Below, one piece after another: positions 19,349 through 28,238 of a DNA stretch of 64,000 nucleotides. The notes below the pieces were generated by a model. That model searched no databases. It was not told the DNA's origin and worked only from the letters and a program-made list of their open reading frames with translations. Each line of letters begins with the position of its first letter. Within the stretch, counting starts at the first letter, position 1. Location: the IMG/VR virus record IMGVR_UViG_3300033984_000473, positions 62,001 to 126,000 of that record; one strand, written 5' to 3'. Position numbers and translations under genes: made by a program.

Positions 19349-19897
19349 TTATTCTTTGTTTTTTTGTATAATTTTTTTTAAGGTTTCAACATAGTTCGGG
19401 TCTTCTGCATAGTTTTGTCGTAGATACTCTAAATATTCAGCCTCGCTTTTCATATCATTCAAATAGGTTGCCGAATAGAAAGCATAATCTACCACACAAT
19501 CTCGCCACGTGTCAAATACAGCGTGTCCTTTGTTTTCTCCTTTGTTGGTTGTTGGTCGCCTTGTTGCCTGTTTCATTCCAAAAAAGTTATGATTCTCTTT
19601 GAATATCGGGCTGGTAAAATGCCCACTTTCAAGTTCAGCCTGTGCCAGTACTACCTGTGGAAATTTAATATTCAACTGTAAAATGTACTCCTTCAATTTT
19701 GCCCTAGAAAATTCGTTGTCTTCTCGCATTACAATTACTCTAGCTTCTTCCGTGAGAATAGTAGTCTTGTATAACTGTGTTGCAATAATGATTGAAAGGA
19801 TAAATGTAAACACAACAAATATTAGTGTGAAAAATGATAATTCTTTTGTTGTAACTTTCTTATATAAAAGTTGGTCTTCGTCAAATTTATAATACAT
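19349..19897 (-). CDS. membrane-anchored glucosaminidase (GH73-like peptidoglycan hydrolase)
   Basis: QAELESG, NHNFFGMK, YAEDPNY motifs; N-terminal TM helix. Confidence 0.85.
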   Translation of the reverse strand: MYYKFDEDQLLYKKVTTKELSFFTLIFVVFTFILSIIIATQLYKTTILTEEARVIVMREDNEFSRAKLKEYILQLNIKFPQVVLAQAELESGHFTSPIFKENHNFFGMKQATRRPTTNKGENKGHAVFDTWRDCVVDYAFYSATYLNDMKSEAEYLEYLRQNYAEDPNYVETLKKIIQKNKE

Positions 19898-20043
19898 ATT
19901 TTATATGTTTTGATTAATAGATTACAAAGATAATACTTTTATTTCATATAACCTAATTTTTTAACAAAAAAAATGAGAACCTTTCGATTCTCACTTTCTC
20001 CTAGCTTCGGACACAACTCCTAGGCTAACCAATTAAAACATCT

Positions 20044-20478
20044 TTATATCATTGTAATCTGTACATAATCTGTATCTACCATTTGAGCCAGTTCGTCCAG
20101 TTGCTTCATAACAGTTTCCTGTATAAACATTGGTGTATCTTCCAGTTCAGCAAATTCTCCTAGTATAGCCTCAAACACATCGCCACTATAAATTCTCTCC
20201 CCTAAATCAAAATCGGTGTCTTCAAACATTTCACGTCCTTGTAATTCTTTGATTACTTTATCTAGCAAAGCTGTTTTTGGTATCTGTGTAATAGTAGCTT
20301 TGGTTAAGTACCTAGATAATTCCACCAGTTCAATCTTACCACCAAACGTATTAGCTTTCTTCAATGCCTCGCCTCTAGTATAGATTGATTCGCTACTTTC
20401 GTTTCCTAGGTATCCTGTAGTTGTTACCTGGTCGGGTCTAGCGTTATGCCCCTCTTTTAATTTTACTTTGTAATTCAT
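20044..20478 (-). CDS. hypothetical protein
   Basis: Own promoter. Confidence 0.75.
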   Translation of the reverse strand: MNYKVKLKEGHNARPDQVTTTGYLGNESSESIYTRGEALKKANTFGGKIELVELSRYLTKATITQIPKTALLDKVIKELQGREMFEDTDFDLGERIYSGDVFEAILGEFAELEDTPMFIQETVMKQLDELAQMVDTDYVQITMI

Positions 20479-20552
20479 GGCTAATGGTTTTTAATTAGAG
20501 TACAAAGATAAGGATTATATTTCTATAATCCAAATCTTTTTTGAATTATTTT

Positions 20553-20759
20553 TTAGTCAACATCAACTTCTAACCTGTAGCCCTCGATTTCAAAAAAATC
20601 GCTGTCACCGTCTTCTACAATAACATTTCCGTTATCCAGTATATCGGCAATTGTACCTTGAAACTCGTGGTTATGAATGTCATCAGCTATTGGGTCTGGC
20701 ACGGTTACAACTTGCATCACTTCTAACTTAACTCCGTTTTTATCTACAAATGGATACAT
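20553..20759 (-). CDS. hypothetical protein
   Basis: Own promoter. Confidence 0.75.
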   Translation of the reverse strand: MYPFVDKNGVKLEVMQVVTVPDPIADDIHNHEFQGTIADILDNGNVIVEDGDSDFFEIEGYRLEVDVD

Positions 20760-20821
20760 AATATTTTTCTTTATTGATTAGAGAACAAAGGTATGGATTA
20801 ATATCCAGGTAACCTAATTTT

Positions 20822-21013
20822 TTAACATCTTTTTTTATAATCTCTTACTACGTTGGAATACTTCTCCAGTAAATCTTCATAAAGCCCTAGATTCACAAGC
20901 TTCAACTTATTCAAATGCAAACCTACGTTAGCATCCTTGGGGCTTTTGTTTCCCATCCTAATTGCACGGATTCCATTCTCAATGTGCCGTACATATAATT
21001 CCTCGCAACTCAT
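20822..21013 (-). CDS. hypothetical protein
   Basis: Coupled to upstream ORF. Confidence 0.7.
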   Translation of the reverse strand: MSCEELYVRHIENGIRAIRMGNKSPKDANVGLHLNKLKLVNLGLYEDLLEKYSNVVRDYKKRC

Positions 21014-21300
21014 TATTCAGCACACAAGCTCCACGCTTCCAGTTTTTTCATTGAGTGTCCAGTAATTTTCAACTGTTCACAAATATACTTGGCTAGTCGT
21101 TTGTTGCCTCTAGTACCCTCATCAATGATTCCTGTACCAATTTTTTTGACAATATAGCTTGGGTCAGCTCCTAGAACCCTTGTACAAAATTTAACATCTT
21201 GTCCTAGATAAAAAGATTTTGTTACCTTTGGTGTAGTTAACACTAACGTCCAGTTATGGTCAAAGCCGTATGAACTTCCTATTTTAATTTCTGCTGTCAT
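21013..21300 (-). CDS. hypothetical phage protein
   Basis: Own promoter. Confidence 0.75.
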   Translation of the reverse strand: MTAEIKIGSSYGFDHNWTLVLTTPKVTKSFYLGQDVKFCTRVLGADPSYIVKKIGTGIIDEGTRGNKRLAKYICEQLKITGHSMKKLEAWSLCAE

Positions 21301-21358
21301 CCTGTATGTGTTTTTAATTAGAGTACAAAGATAATAAATAAAATTGAATTACCCTAAT

Positions 21359-21544
21359 TTATTTTAAAATTAATGAATAAAATTCTCCCTCAATCCACTC
21401 ATTCCAACCCTCTTCCCAATCCGTTTCATCATAGTCAGTCCAACCACCACTTCTATCTCTATTTATTTCGTTTAAAATATCCGCTAGTGTCCATTCTTGA
21501 ATTTCGTTTGTTTCAAGTACCTTTATCTTATATGTTTCTACCAT
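21359..21544 (-). CDS. hypothetical acidic protein
   Basis: ORF track. Confidence 0.75.
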   Translation of the reverse strand: MVETYKIKVLETNEIQEWTLADILNEINRDRSGGWTDYDETDWEEGWNEWIEGEFYSLILK

Positions 21545-21560
21545 AGTGTTTTTAAATATT

Positions 21561-21851
21561 TTATTGGAATTCGTAACCTACTTCGGTAATGTGAATTGTA
21601 TTTCCGTAATAATCGGGTTTACGCAACTTCAAATAATAAACATCAATATCACAAAAAATATCTTTCTTCTCCAAACAACACATAAGATTGTAATCACTTG
21701 TATCACATTCATCTTTACCGTCAGTAACATCTTCGATAACCATTGGTGCATCTAACTTAAATTCTCCCTGTAAGTATTCAGCAAGTGTATCAATTGAAAA
21801 TCTACAACCAACCAATTCTTCTAAAATCTTAATTACTTTTTTCTGTTTCAT
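21561..21851 (-). CDS. hypothetical protein
   Basis: Start corrected to MKQK. Confidence 0.75.
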   Translation of the reverse strand: MKQKKVIKILEELVGCRFSIDTLAEYLQGEFKLDAPMVIEDVTDGKDECDTSDYNLMCCLEKKDIFCDIDVYYLKLRKPDYYGNTIHITEVGYEFQ

Positions 21852-21919
21852 GATATACTGTGTTTTAATTAGAGTACAAAGATAAGGATATGTTTTCACA
21901 TATCCAAATCTTTTTTGAT

Positions 21920-22294
21920 TTATTTTACAAATAGTTTATTCCCTATACTGTATATAAACCCAAACTTGTAACCGTCAGCGTTCACGCCATTGAATACCCA
22001 GTTCGGACATACTCTTGGATTATACGTTACAGCCTCGCCACCTAATCCGTATATCATATCTCGACAACGAATTTCCTCACATAGTATCCACGCACACACA
22101 ACTTTCTCGCCACCCTCAAAAATCTTTTGAGCTGTCTTCTTGCCACTACGCAACTCACAATCAATGAAGTGCATTTGACAAACATCTGGGTGTACATACT
22201 GTACAACGCCATTCGGGTACTGTATTTTCCAGTGCATGAAATGTTTTCCAGCCCCTAAATGAAATCTTACCTTAAACCGTCTAACTCTTGCCAT
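21920..22294 (-). CDS. hypothetical phage protein
   Basis: Own promoter. Confidence 0.75.
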   Translation of the reverse strand: MARVRRFKVRFHLGAGKHFMHWKIQYPNGVVQYVHPDVCQMHFIDCELRSGKKTAQKIFEGGEKVVCAWILCEEIRCRDMIYGLGGEAVTYNPRVCPNWVFNGVNADGYKFGFIYSIGNKLFVK

Positions 22295-22368
22295 AATTAC
22301 TGTGTTTTAATTAGAGTACAAATATAGAAATAAAAAATGACATTACCAAATGATAATGCCATTATTTT

Positions 22369-22602
22369 TTATAATCTTACTAATTCGTATTCATCACTCA
22401 CATTGTCGCCATATCCATTACCACTTAACCAGTCGAAAATTTCCTCTTGGCTATCAGTAAAATTCTCCAACGTCAAAGTAGTAATTCGTTTGGGTTCATT
22501 GTCGGTTATTTGATATACTGTAACATCTTTGTAACCTGTACACTCTTGGACATCATCAATATCCTGTACTTCTTTCTCGATAACATAATACAATTTTTTC
22601 AT
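22369..22602 (-). CDS. hypothetical protein
   Basis: ORF track. Confidence 0.75.
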   Translation of the reverse strand: MKKLYYVIEKEVQDIDDVQECTGYKDVTVYQITDNEPKRITTLTLENFTDSQEEIFDWLSGNGYGDNVSDEYELVRL

Positions 22603-22604
22603 AA

Positions 22605-22931
22605 CTATTCTAAATTGGTTTCCATTAATTCACAAATCGTAATACGGTCTTGAATACTTCCCAAATCAGATAACTTCAATAGGTGTCTTACAAAGCTACC
22701 GTCAGCCTCAACTACCAGTATTCCGTCCTGTGTTACTTTTAGTGGGTGTACATCAAATACGCCCCCTGTAATATCGTTTCTTACCTCTAGGTAATCATCG
22801 GGTGTATCGTTTTCCAAATCCACTTCATCAAAGATAGTGATTTCGGATTGCTTGGTTAATAATTCAGAAAAGTAGTTCGCAACTTCACTTTCTAAATTGT
22901 CTAAATCATTGTTGAAATTTTTGCTTGACAT
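22605..22931 (-). CDS. hypothetical acidic protein
   Basis: Own promoter. Confidence 0.75.
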   Translation of the reverse strand: MSSKNFNNDLDNLESEVANYFSELLTKQSEITIFDEVDLENDTPDDYLEVRNDITGGVFDVHPLKVTQDGILVVEADGSFVRHLLKLSDLGSIQDRITICELMETNLE

Positions 22932-22992
22932 AATATATGTTTTTAATTAGAGTACAAATATAAGAATAAAAATCCACACTACCAAATATTTT

Positions 22993-23220
22993 TTAAAGTA
23001 TTTCTAAAAATACTCGTTCAATTTGAGTAACTCGGTTTTCATTGTTCCAGTCAACAAATTCGTCAACATCGCAATTGTCTAAATCATGTTCTTCTAATAC
23101 ATGAAATTCATTCCAACTTTCTTTCACTTCCTCATCAAAGTTAGCAACCTCGCCAACATTGGTTACTTTAACAATACCTAAGTCTTCCCCACTATCGCTG
23201 TCTGTTAATTGATAATACAT
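22993..23220 (-). CDS. hypothetical acidic protein
   Basis: Own promoter. Confidence 0.75.
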   Translation of the reverse strand: MYYQLTDSDSGEDLGIVKVTNVGEVANFDEEVKESWNEFHVLEEHDLDNCDVDEFVDWNNENRVTQIERVFLEIL

Positions 23221-23305
23221 AATATATGTTTTAATTGATTAGAGTACAAATATAAGAATAAAAATCCACACTACCAAAAATAATGTGGATTATTTTCAAT
23301 TATTT

Positions 23306-23644
23306 TTAATAAGCCCCAATACTCCCATAAGATATTGGGTAACCTTTGTTGCCCCACATAACATTTCCGTCAACGTACTCCTGTTTTATATCAGTCAATA
23401 CCGTATCTAAATAATATTCGTAAGCAATTCTTAAACTATCAGCTTTGGTAGTCTGTGGTGGATAAAATGCAAATAGGTTTTCTCTAGGGTGTCCTACAAA
23501 TAGAATGTAGATTTTATTACGCCCACGTCCGTATTCGTGTGCGTTTACTCGGTTCTTAAAGCCTGTGAATGACAAAGGCTTTCCGTTCATAATAAGCCCC
23601 AACCACGTTAATCTTTCGTTAACTTCTTCTAATGGTAAATTCAT
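23306..23644 (-). CDS. hypothetical protein
   Basis: ORF track. Confidence 0.75.
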   Translation of the reverse strand: MNLPLEEVNERLTWLGLIMNGKPLSFTGFKNRVNAHEYGRGRNKIYILFVGHPRENLFAFYPPQTTKADSLRIAYEYYLDTVLTDIKQEYVDGNVMWGNKGYPISYGSIGAY

Positions 23645-23646
23645 AA

Positions 23647-23907
23647 TTATTGGATTTCAAGGTTATTCCAAATCATATCCCCATTGTCGTCAAGGATTTC
23701 CATTGTGGTTTGATAATCGTTTTCTTCGATTGTGATAAACTCTACGGTGTCTTCCAAAAGAGTAGCCCCAATACCTAAATAATCTGCAACGCTGTCGCTG
23801 TCAGTAAGTTCGCCACTTTGTAACTTTGCTTTTACGTCTTCCATTTGTTCCACGCTATCAAATTCGATACGTTCCCAAACTGTAACTTTTACATCTAAAC
23901 TTGCCAT
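23647..23907 (-). CDS. hypothetical acidic protein
   Basis: Own promoter. Confidence 0.75.
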   Translation of the reverse strand: MASLDVKVTVWERIEFDSVEQMEDVKAKLQSGELTDSDSVADYLGIGATLLEDTVEFITIEENDYQTTMEILDDNGDMIWNNLEIQ

Positions 23908-23976
23908 AATTTCTTTGTGTTTTAATTAGAGTACAAATATAGGTAATTAAAATGTAACTACCAAATTTTTATTGGA

Positions 23977-24303
23977 TTATTTCCACAAACAACATTCCTG
24001 TAAAAAATCGTATTGTTTATCAGTCAATTCTCCAACCGTGTCAAACTCAAACTTTTCGTTGAAATAGTTTTCGTCCTCAAGTTCAACCTTGGTAGTTACC
24101 GTAATATCCAATATAGCACCTATAAGACTTTCATAGCCCATACCACTATCAATACTGCCGTCCTTTAAAGCAACATTTGCTTTTTCTAACAATTCCTCTT
24201 TGGTATCAGCCGTGAACTCAATCGTTGGATACGAACCTGTACCACCGCCCCAATAATTCCCCAATACAAAACCTGTGGCTTTGAATGATTTTTTCTTTTC
24301 CAT
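23977..24303 (-). CDS. hypothetical protein
   Basis: Own promoter. Confidence 0.75.
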   Translation of the reverse strand: MEKKKSFKATGFVLGNYWGGGTGSYPTIEFTADTKEELLEKANVALKDGSIDSGMGYESLIGAILDITVTTKVELEDENYFNEKFEFDTVGELTDKQYDFLQECCLWK

Positions 24304-24425
24304 AATGATATACTTTTTATTTCTTGTACAAATATAAGACTATTATTCTAATCCACCTAACAAAATGTGAATTATTTTTTATTTATTTTTCTGCTGTTTT
24401 ATTTGGTAGTGTCAAAACTATTCCC

Positions 24426-24500
24426 TATCTTTGTAGTGTTGAAAACAACGGGCGAACCCTAGCAAGGTGGAAGAGTAGACTCCGTCCTACCTTATACTCA
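24426..24500 (+). ncRNA. AGTAGACTCC-family element, copy 7
   Basis: Core 24473-24483. Confidence 0.6.
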
Positions 24501-24557
24501 AATAAAAAAATTTCAAAAAAAAATGCCCTACCATTTCTGATAGGGCTAATTTTTATT

Positions 24558-24917
24558 TTAGCATTCGGCTTCAAACTCGCATTGTCCGTTTTCTTTTAGA
24601 TAATCTCGAATTTGTCGCCCAAGCCCCAAGTCAGCATAATCGCTTAATTCAGCTTTTGAAATTCCAGCTTCCTCTAATTGCTTGTCATTGTAGCCGTTTT
24701 TCTCTTTAAAGAAATTGTCAATAATTCCTAACTTGTCGCCTAGGCTTTCCTCAATGTTTTTGATTTCTTCCTCAACTCCTTCCAAATCTTCCTCTTGAAA
24801 ATTGTAGTTAAGAGTTTCGGGTTGAAACCCTGTTACTCCAAACCTGTCAGCCGCACTGCTACTTTGAACAGCAAACCAAAATTTTCCCTCGATGTCGCCA
24901 CTGTAATACCTACCCAT
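24558..24917 (-). CDS. hypothetical phage protein
   Basis: MGRYYSGDIEGKFWFAVQSS; own promoter. Confidence 0.8.
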   Translation of the reverse strand: MGRYYSGDIEGKFWFAVQSSSAADRFGVTGFQPETLNYNFQEEDLEGVEEEIKNIEESLGDKLGIIDNFFKEKNGYNDKQLEEAGISKAELSDYADLGLGRQIRDYLKENGQCEFEAEC

Positions 24918-25014
24918 AATTTCTAATTTTTAATGTGATTATTAATTTCTTTAGCAAAGATAGAAAAAATAATCCATACTACCAAATGTAATATGGATTA
25001 TTTTCAAATTATTT

Positions 25015-25896
25015 TTAAACCATTTCCAATACGCCACTTTTTCTAGCAACGAACTCCAAAGATTTTTGGTTCATTTTGTAACCACTACCCAACATAATCG
25101 TTTCCAGTTTACCGTTTTCACGTTTCGGTGCAGATAATTCGTGTGTAGTGAATTTCGTAATACCACTATGCAAACCCCAAAGGTTAAGCCCTTTGTCATT
25201 AAATTCGCCCTCAATACAGTTGTACAACGTTTCCATTTTGTTAATGCTACGTGTACTCTTTTCCGACAATTCCTTTATACTTGTCAATTCCTTGTCAAAC
25301 CCTAACAAATACTTAACCATTTCGTCAGCCAATTCTCTAGTACAATCCCTGTCAGCCAGTACGTTATATAGCTCAATTTGTTTAAGGCTACGGTTCAATG
25401 CAGTTTCAATCAAAAATGGAATTTCTTTGATACGGTGTTCAATACTAGCCGAGTGTCTAAATTTCGCTTCGCCTTGCTTATAGAACTTGAAAAACTGATT
25501 AGAACAGCTCATAGTAAAATCCCCAATACCAATAGACAATGAAGTACTACCGTCATTACTATCCAGTACTGTAATGAATTTTTTAATCCTGTCATGCCCT
25601 ACAACGCCATCGCCAGTAATACCTAACTGTAAAAATACCTTGCGACCCTCATTCATAGAACCAGCTTTGGTTACAATCAAATCGTTACCAAACGGTCTAA
25701 TGCCTTGAAGCACCATATCAACGATTTCGTGGTTCTGTGATACTGTATAACCGTCCTTAACAGTATTGATACACTTGCCTAACTTGTCATTGAATAAACC
25801 AAAGTAACCACTAGGATTAAGGTTAGAATCAAATAACGGTCTTTTGCTAATGTTGAAGTCTAAACCGTTCGCTACTAAAATGTCTTGTGTGTTCAT
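25015..25896 (-). CDS. DUF932 (DUF945/TIGR03299-like) protein
   Basis: YTVSQN, AGSMNEGRKVFLQL, DSNDGSTS, CSNQF, HSASI, NLWGL pattern typical of the family. Confidence 0.85.
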   Translation of the reverse strand: MNTQDILVANGLDFNISKRPLFDSNLNPSGYFGLFNDKLGKCINTVKDGYTVSQNHEIVDMVLQGIRPFGNDLIVTKAGSMNEGRKVFLQLGITGDGVVGHDRIKKFITVLDSNDGSTSLSIGIGDFTMSCSNQFFKFYKQGEAKFRHSASIEHRIKEIPFLIETALNRSLKQIELYNVLADRDCTRELADEMVKYLLGFDKELTSIKELSEKSTRSINKMETLYNCIEGEFNDKGLNLWGLHSGITKFTTHELSAPKRENGKLETIMLGSGYKMNQKSLEFVARKSGVLEMV

Positions 25897-26034
25897 ATCT
25901 AAAATTGTTTAATTGATTAGAGTGCAAATATACAACCTTTATTTCATTCCACCAAATAAAAATGCAATTATTTTTAATTTATTTTTTTATGTAAAATAAT
26001 CTATAAAAAATTAGGATATGTAAAAAACATTCCC

Positions 26035-26110
26035 TACCTTTGTACTGTAATTAAATTACGGGTCGCATAGGATGTGAAAGAGTAGACTCCACCGTACCTT
26101 ATACTCAAAT
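26035..26110 (+). ncRNA. AGTAGACTCC-family element, copy 8
   Basis: Core 26080-26090; hairpin TCGCAT(AGG)ATGTGA. Confidence 0.6.
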
Positions 26111-26204
26111 AGCCAAATAGCCAAATACAAAAAACAAAAATGCAAAATAAACCTATAACTTAATATAAGCCTATTTCGCATTTTAAGGTACTTTTAAAGG
26201 ACGT

Positions 26205-27023
26205 TTATACCAATTCCAATTCCTTGGTAGGAACGCTATCATAAATAGCGTTAACCTTATCAAAAATAGCTTGGCTATCTTTGGCTGTTTCAATTACAAA
26301 ACCACTTGTAAAAGCAATTTTATTATCAGCACCTTTGCCTGTCATTTTTTTGTATTTTAAACCACAAATAACATTCTGTTTATCCAAAAATCGTAGGTCG
26401 TCATTATCAGCATTGATAACCTCAAAACCGTTATAAGTAGTAGGTAATTTGTCAAATACCATTGCTACATTAAAACCACGTTTCAATAATTCTAATGATT
26501 TAATATCATTCGTTTCAGAACGTGAAAAAGTCAAATGATAATTACTAGGTAACACTTTGTCAAAACGAAAATGATTTTTTGTATAATCATAAAATTGTAC
26601 ATTCGGGTACATTTCAAAAATGTTTTTAGTATTATTGTCAAATACTTTGTATTTTTCAAATGGCAAATCACTTGTACCATTTAAACGTATAGTAACAATA
26701 GCTTTGTCAGTATGTTTTTTTACCGCTTTGCCAATTTCCACATATAATTGGTTCATAAATTCAATACGACTACTTAAAAAGTATTCAGTTTTGGCAACCC
26801 TACCTTGCATAACATTACTATACATACCGCCAAAACCACTACCAACAAGGCAACTATCAGCACAACCTTTACTTGCATGGCTACATACATTGATACCTTT
26901 GCTATTGGCTGTAAAAGGCGACATATACATTATATAGGTCATATAACCTAATTTTTCTCCTTTTACTGTTTTCGCATTATTAGTACTTAATAATGGTTTT
27001 CTTTTTACTACTTCTACATTCAT
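26205..27023 (-). CDS. GP88-like phage protein
   Basis: NVCSHASKGCADSCL Cys cluster, IRLNGTSD, FYDYTK, YHLTFS, DLRFLD. Confidence 0.8.
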   Translation of the reverse strand: MNVEVVKRKPLLSTNNAKTVKGEKLGYMTYIMYMSPFTANSKGINVCSHASKGCADSCLVGSGFGGMYSNVMQGRVAKTEYFLSSRIEFMNQLYVEIGKAVKKHTDKAIVTIRLNGTSDLPFEKYKVFDNNTKNIFEMYPNVQFYDYTKNHFRFDKVLPSNYHLTFSRSETNDIKSLELLKRGFNVAMVFDKLPTTYNGFEVINADNDDLRFLDKQNVICGLKYKKMTGKGADNKIAFTSGFVIETAKDSQAIFDKVNAIYDSVPTKELELV

Positions 27024-27161
27024 AACTAATTTGTTTTAATTGATTAGAGTGCAAATATACAACTATTATTTTAATATACAAGTTTTTTTGTAATTATTTT
27101 TAATATTTTTTTTATGTGTAAAATAATTCACTTTTTATTTGGTAGTGTCATTTATTATCAC

Positions 27162-27245
27162 TACATTTGTACTGTTGAAATGAAACACCCAAAGCAAGAT
27201 ACCACAAATCTGAGAAGTAGACTCCGTCCTACCTTATATCCAAGT
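27162..27245 (+). ncRNA. AGTAGACTCC-family element, copy 9 (divergent)
   Basis: AAGTAGACTCCGTCCTACCTTAT at 27215-27237. Confidence 0.5.
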
Positions 27246-27502
27246 TATTTAGAACGAATATAAATAAGAAAATAATTTGGTAGATTCAAAAATTTTTTGT
27301 ACCTTTGTGGTTATAATCTATACGAACCAAAAAAGTTTGCAAAGATACAACAAAAATAATTAATATGCAAATTTATTTTACTTGTTTTTTAAAAAAGTTT
27401 ATCGTACCTTTGTACTTCATTCTGCACATTACACATAGTAGTAGTGCCTAGACAAAAACTGCCCAAGTTCATTGTAACTCTGGGCTAAACTTGTTGCACC
27501 TA

Positions 27503-27518
27503 TGTTCCACGTGGAACA
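27503..27518. promoter_or_regulatory. parS site 1
   Basis: Perfect TGTTCCACGTGGAACA. Confidence 0.8.
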
Positions 27519-27540
27519 CTGGGGCGATGACCTATGCAAT

Positions 27541-27556
27541 TGTTCCACGTGGAACA
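27541..27556. promoter_or_regulatory. parS site 2
   Basis: Perfect TGTTCCACGTGGAACA. Confidence 0.8.
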
Positions 27557-27989
27557 TTCAAAAAAATTTTGGCTGAAAAATTTGTGAGAACGAACGGACA
27601 GTATAAAGTTTTTTAAAGATTACCTAGATTTTTTTTATTAACCCTAACACCCAATAATCCCAATGAAATAAGCACTTCCCATTTTTCGGCTATGAAAACT
27701 CGTACTTTTACCACATTATACCATTATTTACCACTTTTTGCTAAAAACTGCAAAAAAGTACATACGTGCTAATGAAGGTACATTTAGGAACATCATAAAT
27801 ACATATATCTGTGTATTAGGTAGATACGTTTTGCCCTAACGGGCAAGTCGATTCCACGTACACAATTGTGTACATAGGACAGTATTATTGCATCTCAATT
27901 TGTGGGAATGCGATATGTACTACTATGTGTTGTTCATAGAGTTTATGGAGTATCCTAGTTTTTCTTTCTTAAGAAATGCTATGCTTTTG

Positions 27990-28238
27990 TTATGCTTTTC
28001 CATTAGGGTTTTCTCCCAGTTCATTTTCTGTATATGAACTTCCTTTACGAAATGTTATTGTGGTAGAAGCTTCGTATGCCATATCTTTGCCACCTCTTAA
28101 ATGTCTAAGAGAATCTTCAAGTTCTGGTATTTCATTCTTGATTACTTCTGCTACGTTTCTTAGTTCGTATGTAGTTCCTAGTATTGGACTATATGACATA
28201 ACTAATATTGGATAGATATTTATTTCTGTTCCTTTCAT
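27990..28238 (-). CDS. hypothetical protein
   Basis: ORF track. Confidence 0.5.
   Translation of the reverse strand: MKGTEINIYPILVMSYSPILGTTYELRNVAEVIKNEIPELEDSLRHLRGGKDMAYEASTTITFRKGSSYTENELGENPNGKA

Larger units (their letters stand above)
3850..27070 (-). promoter_or_regulatory. array of about 50 Bacteroidota-type promoters (TTTG-N~20-TAtaTTTG-TACTCTAATCAATTAAAA), nearly one per gene
   Basis: Plus-strand motif ttttaatt(gatt)agagtacaaatata...ctaccaaa recurs before most ORFs; matches the Bacteroidota -33/-7 consensus; example on + strand at 4268-4299. Confidence 0.9.

Noticed and set aside
8165-20020. GGACACAACTCC repeated at 8165 and 20009
   Set aside because: Only two copies, both within terminator-like hairpins at gene 3' ends; too little to call a family
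3850-27070. True integron
   Set aside because: No tyrosine integrase and no attC GTTRRRY boxes recognised; cassette-like only
4158-27245. CRISPR array interpretation of the repeats
   Set aside because: Repeats are kilobases apart or separated by whole genes, with no regular repeat-spacer period and no cas genes
27025-27975. DnaA-box origin
   Set aside because: No TTATCCACA-type cluster seen in this region
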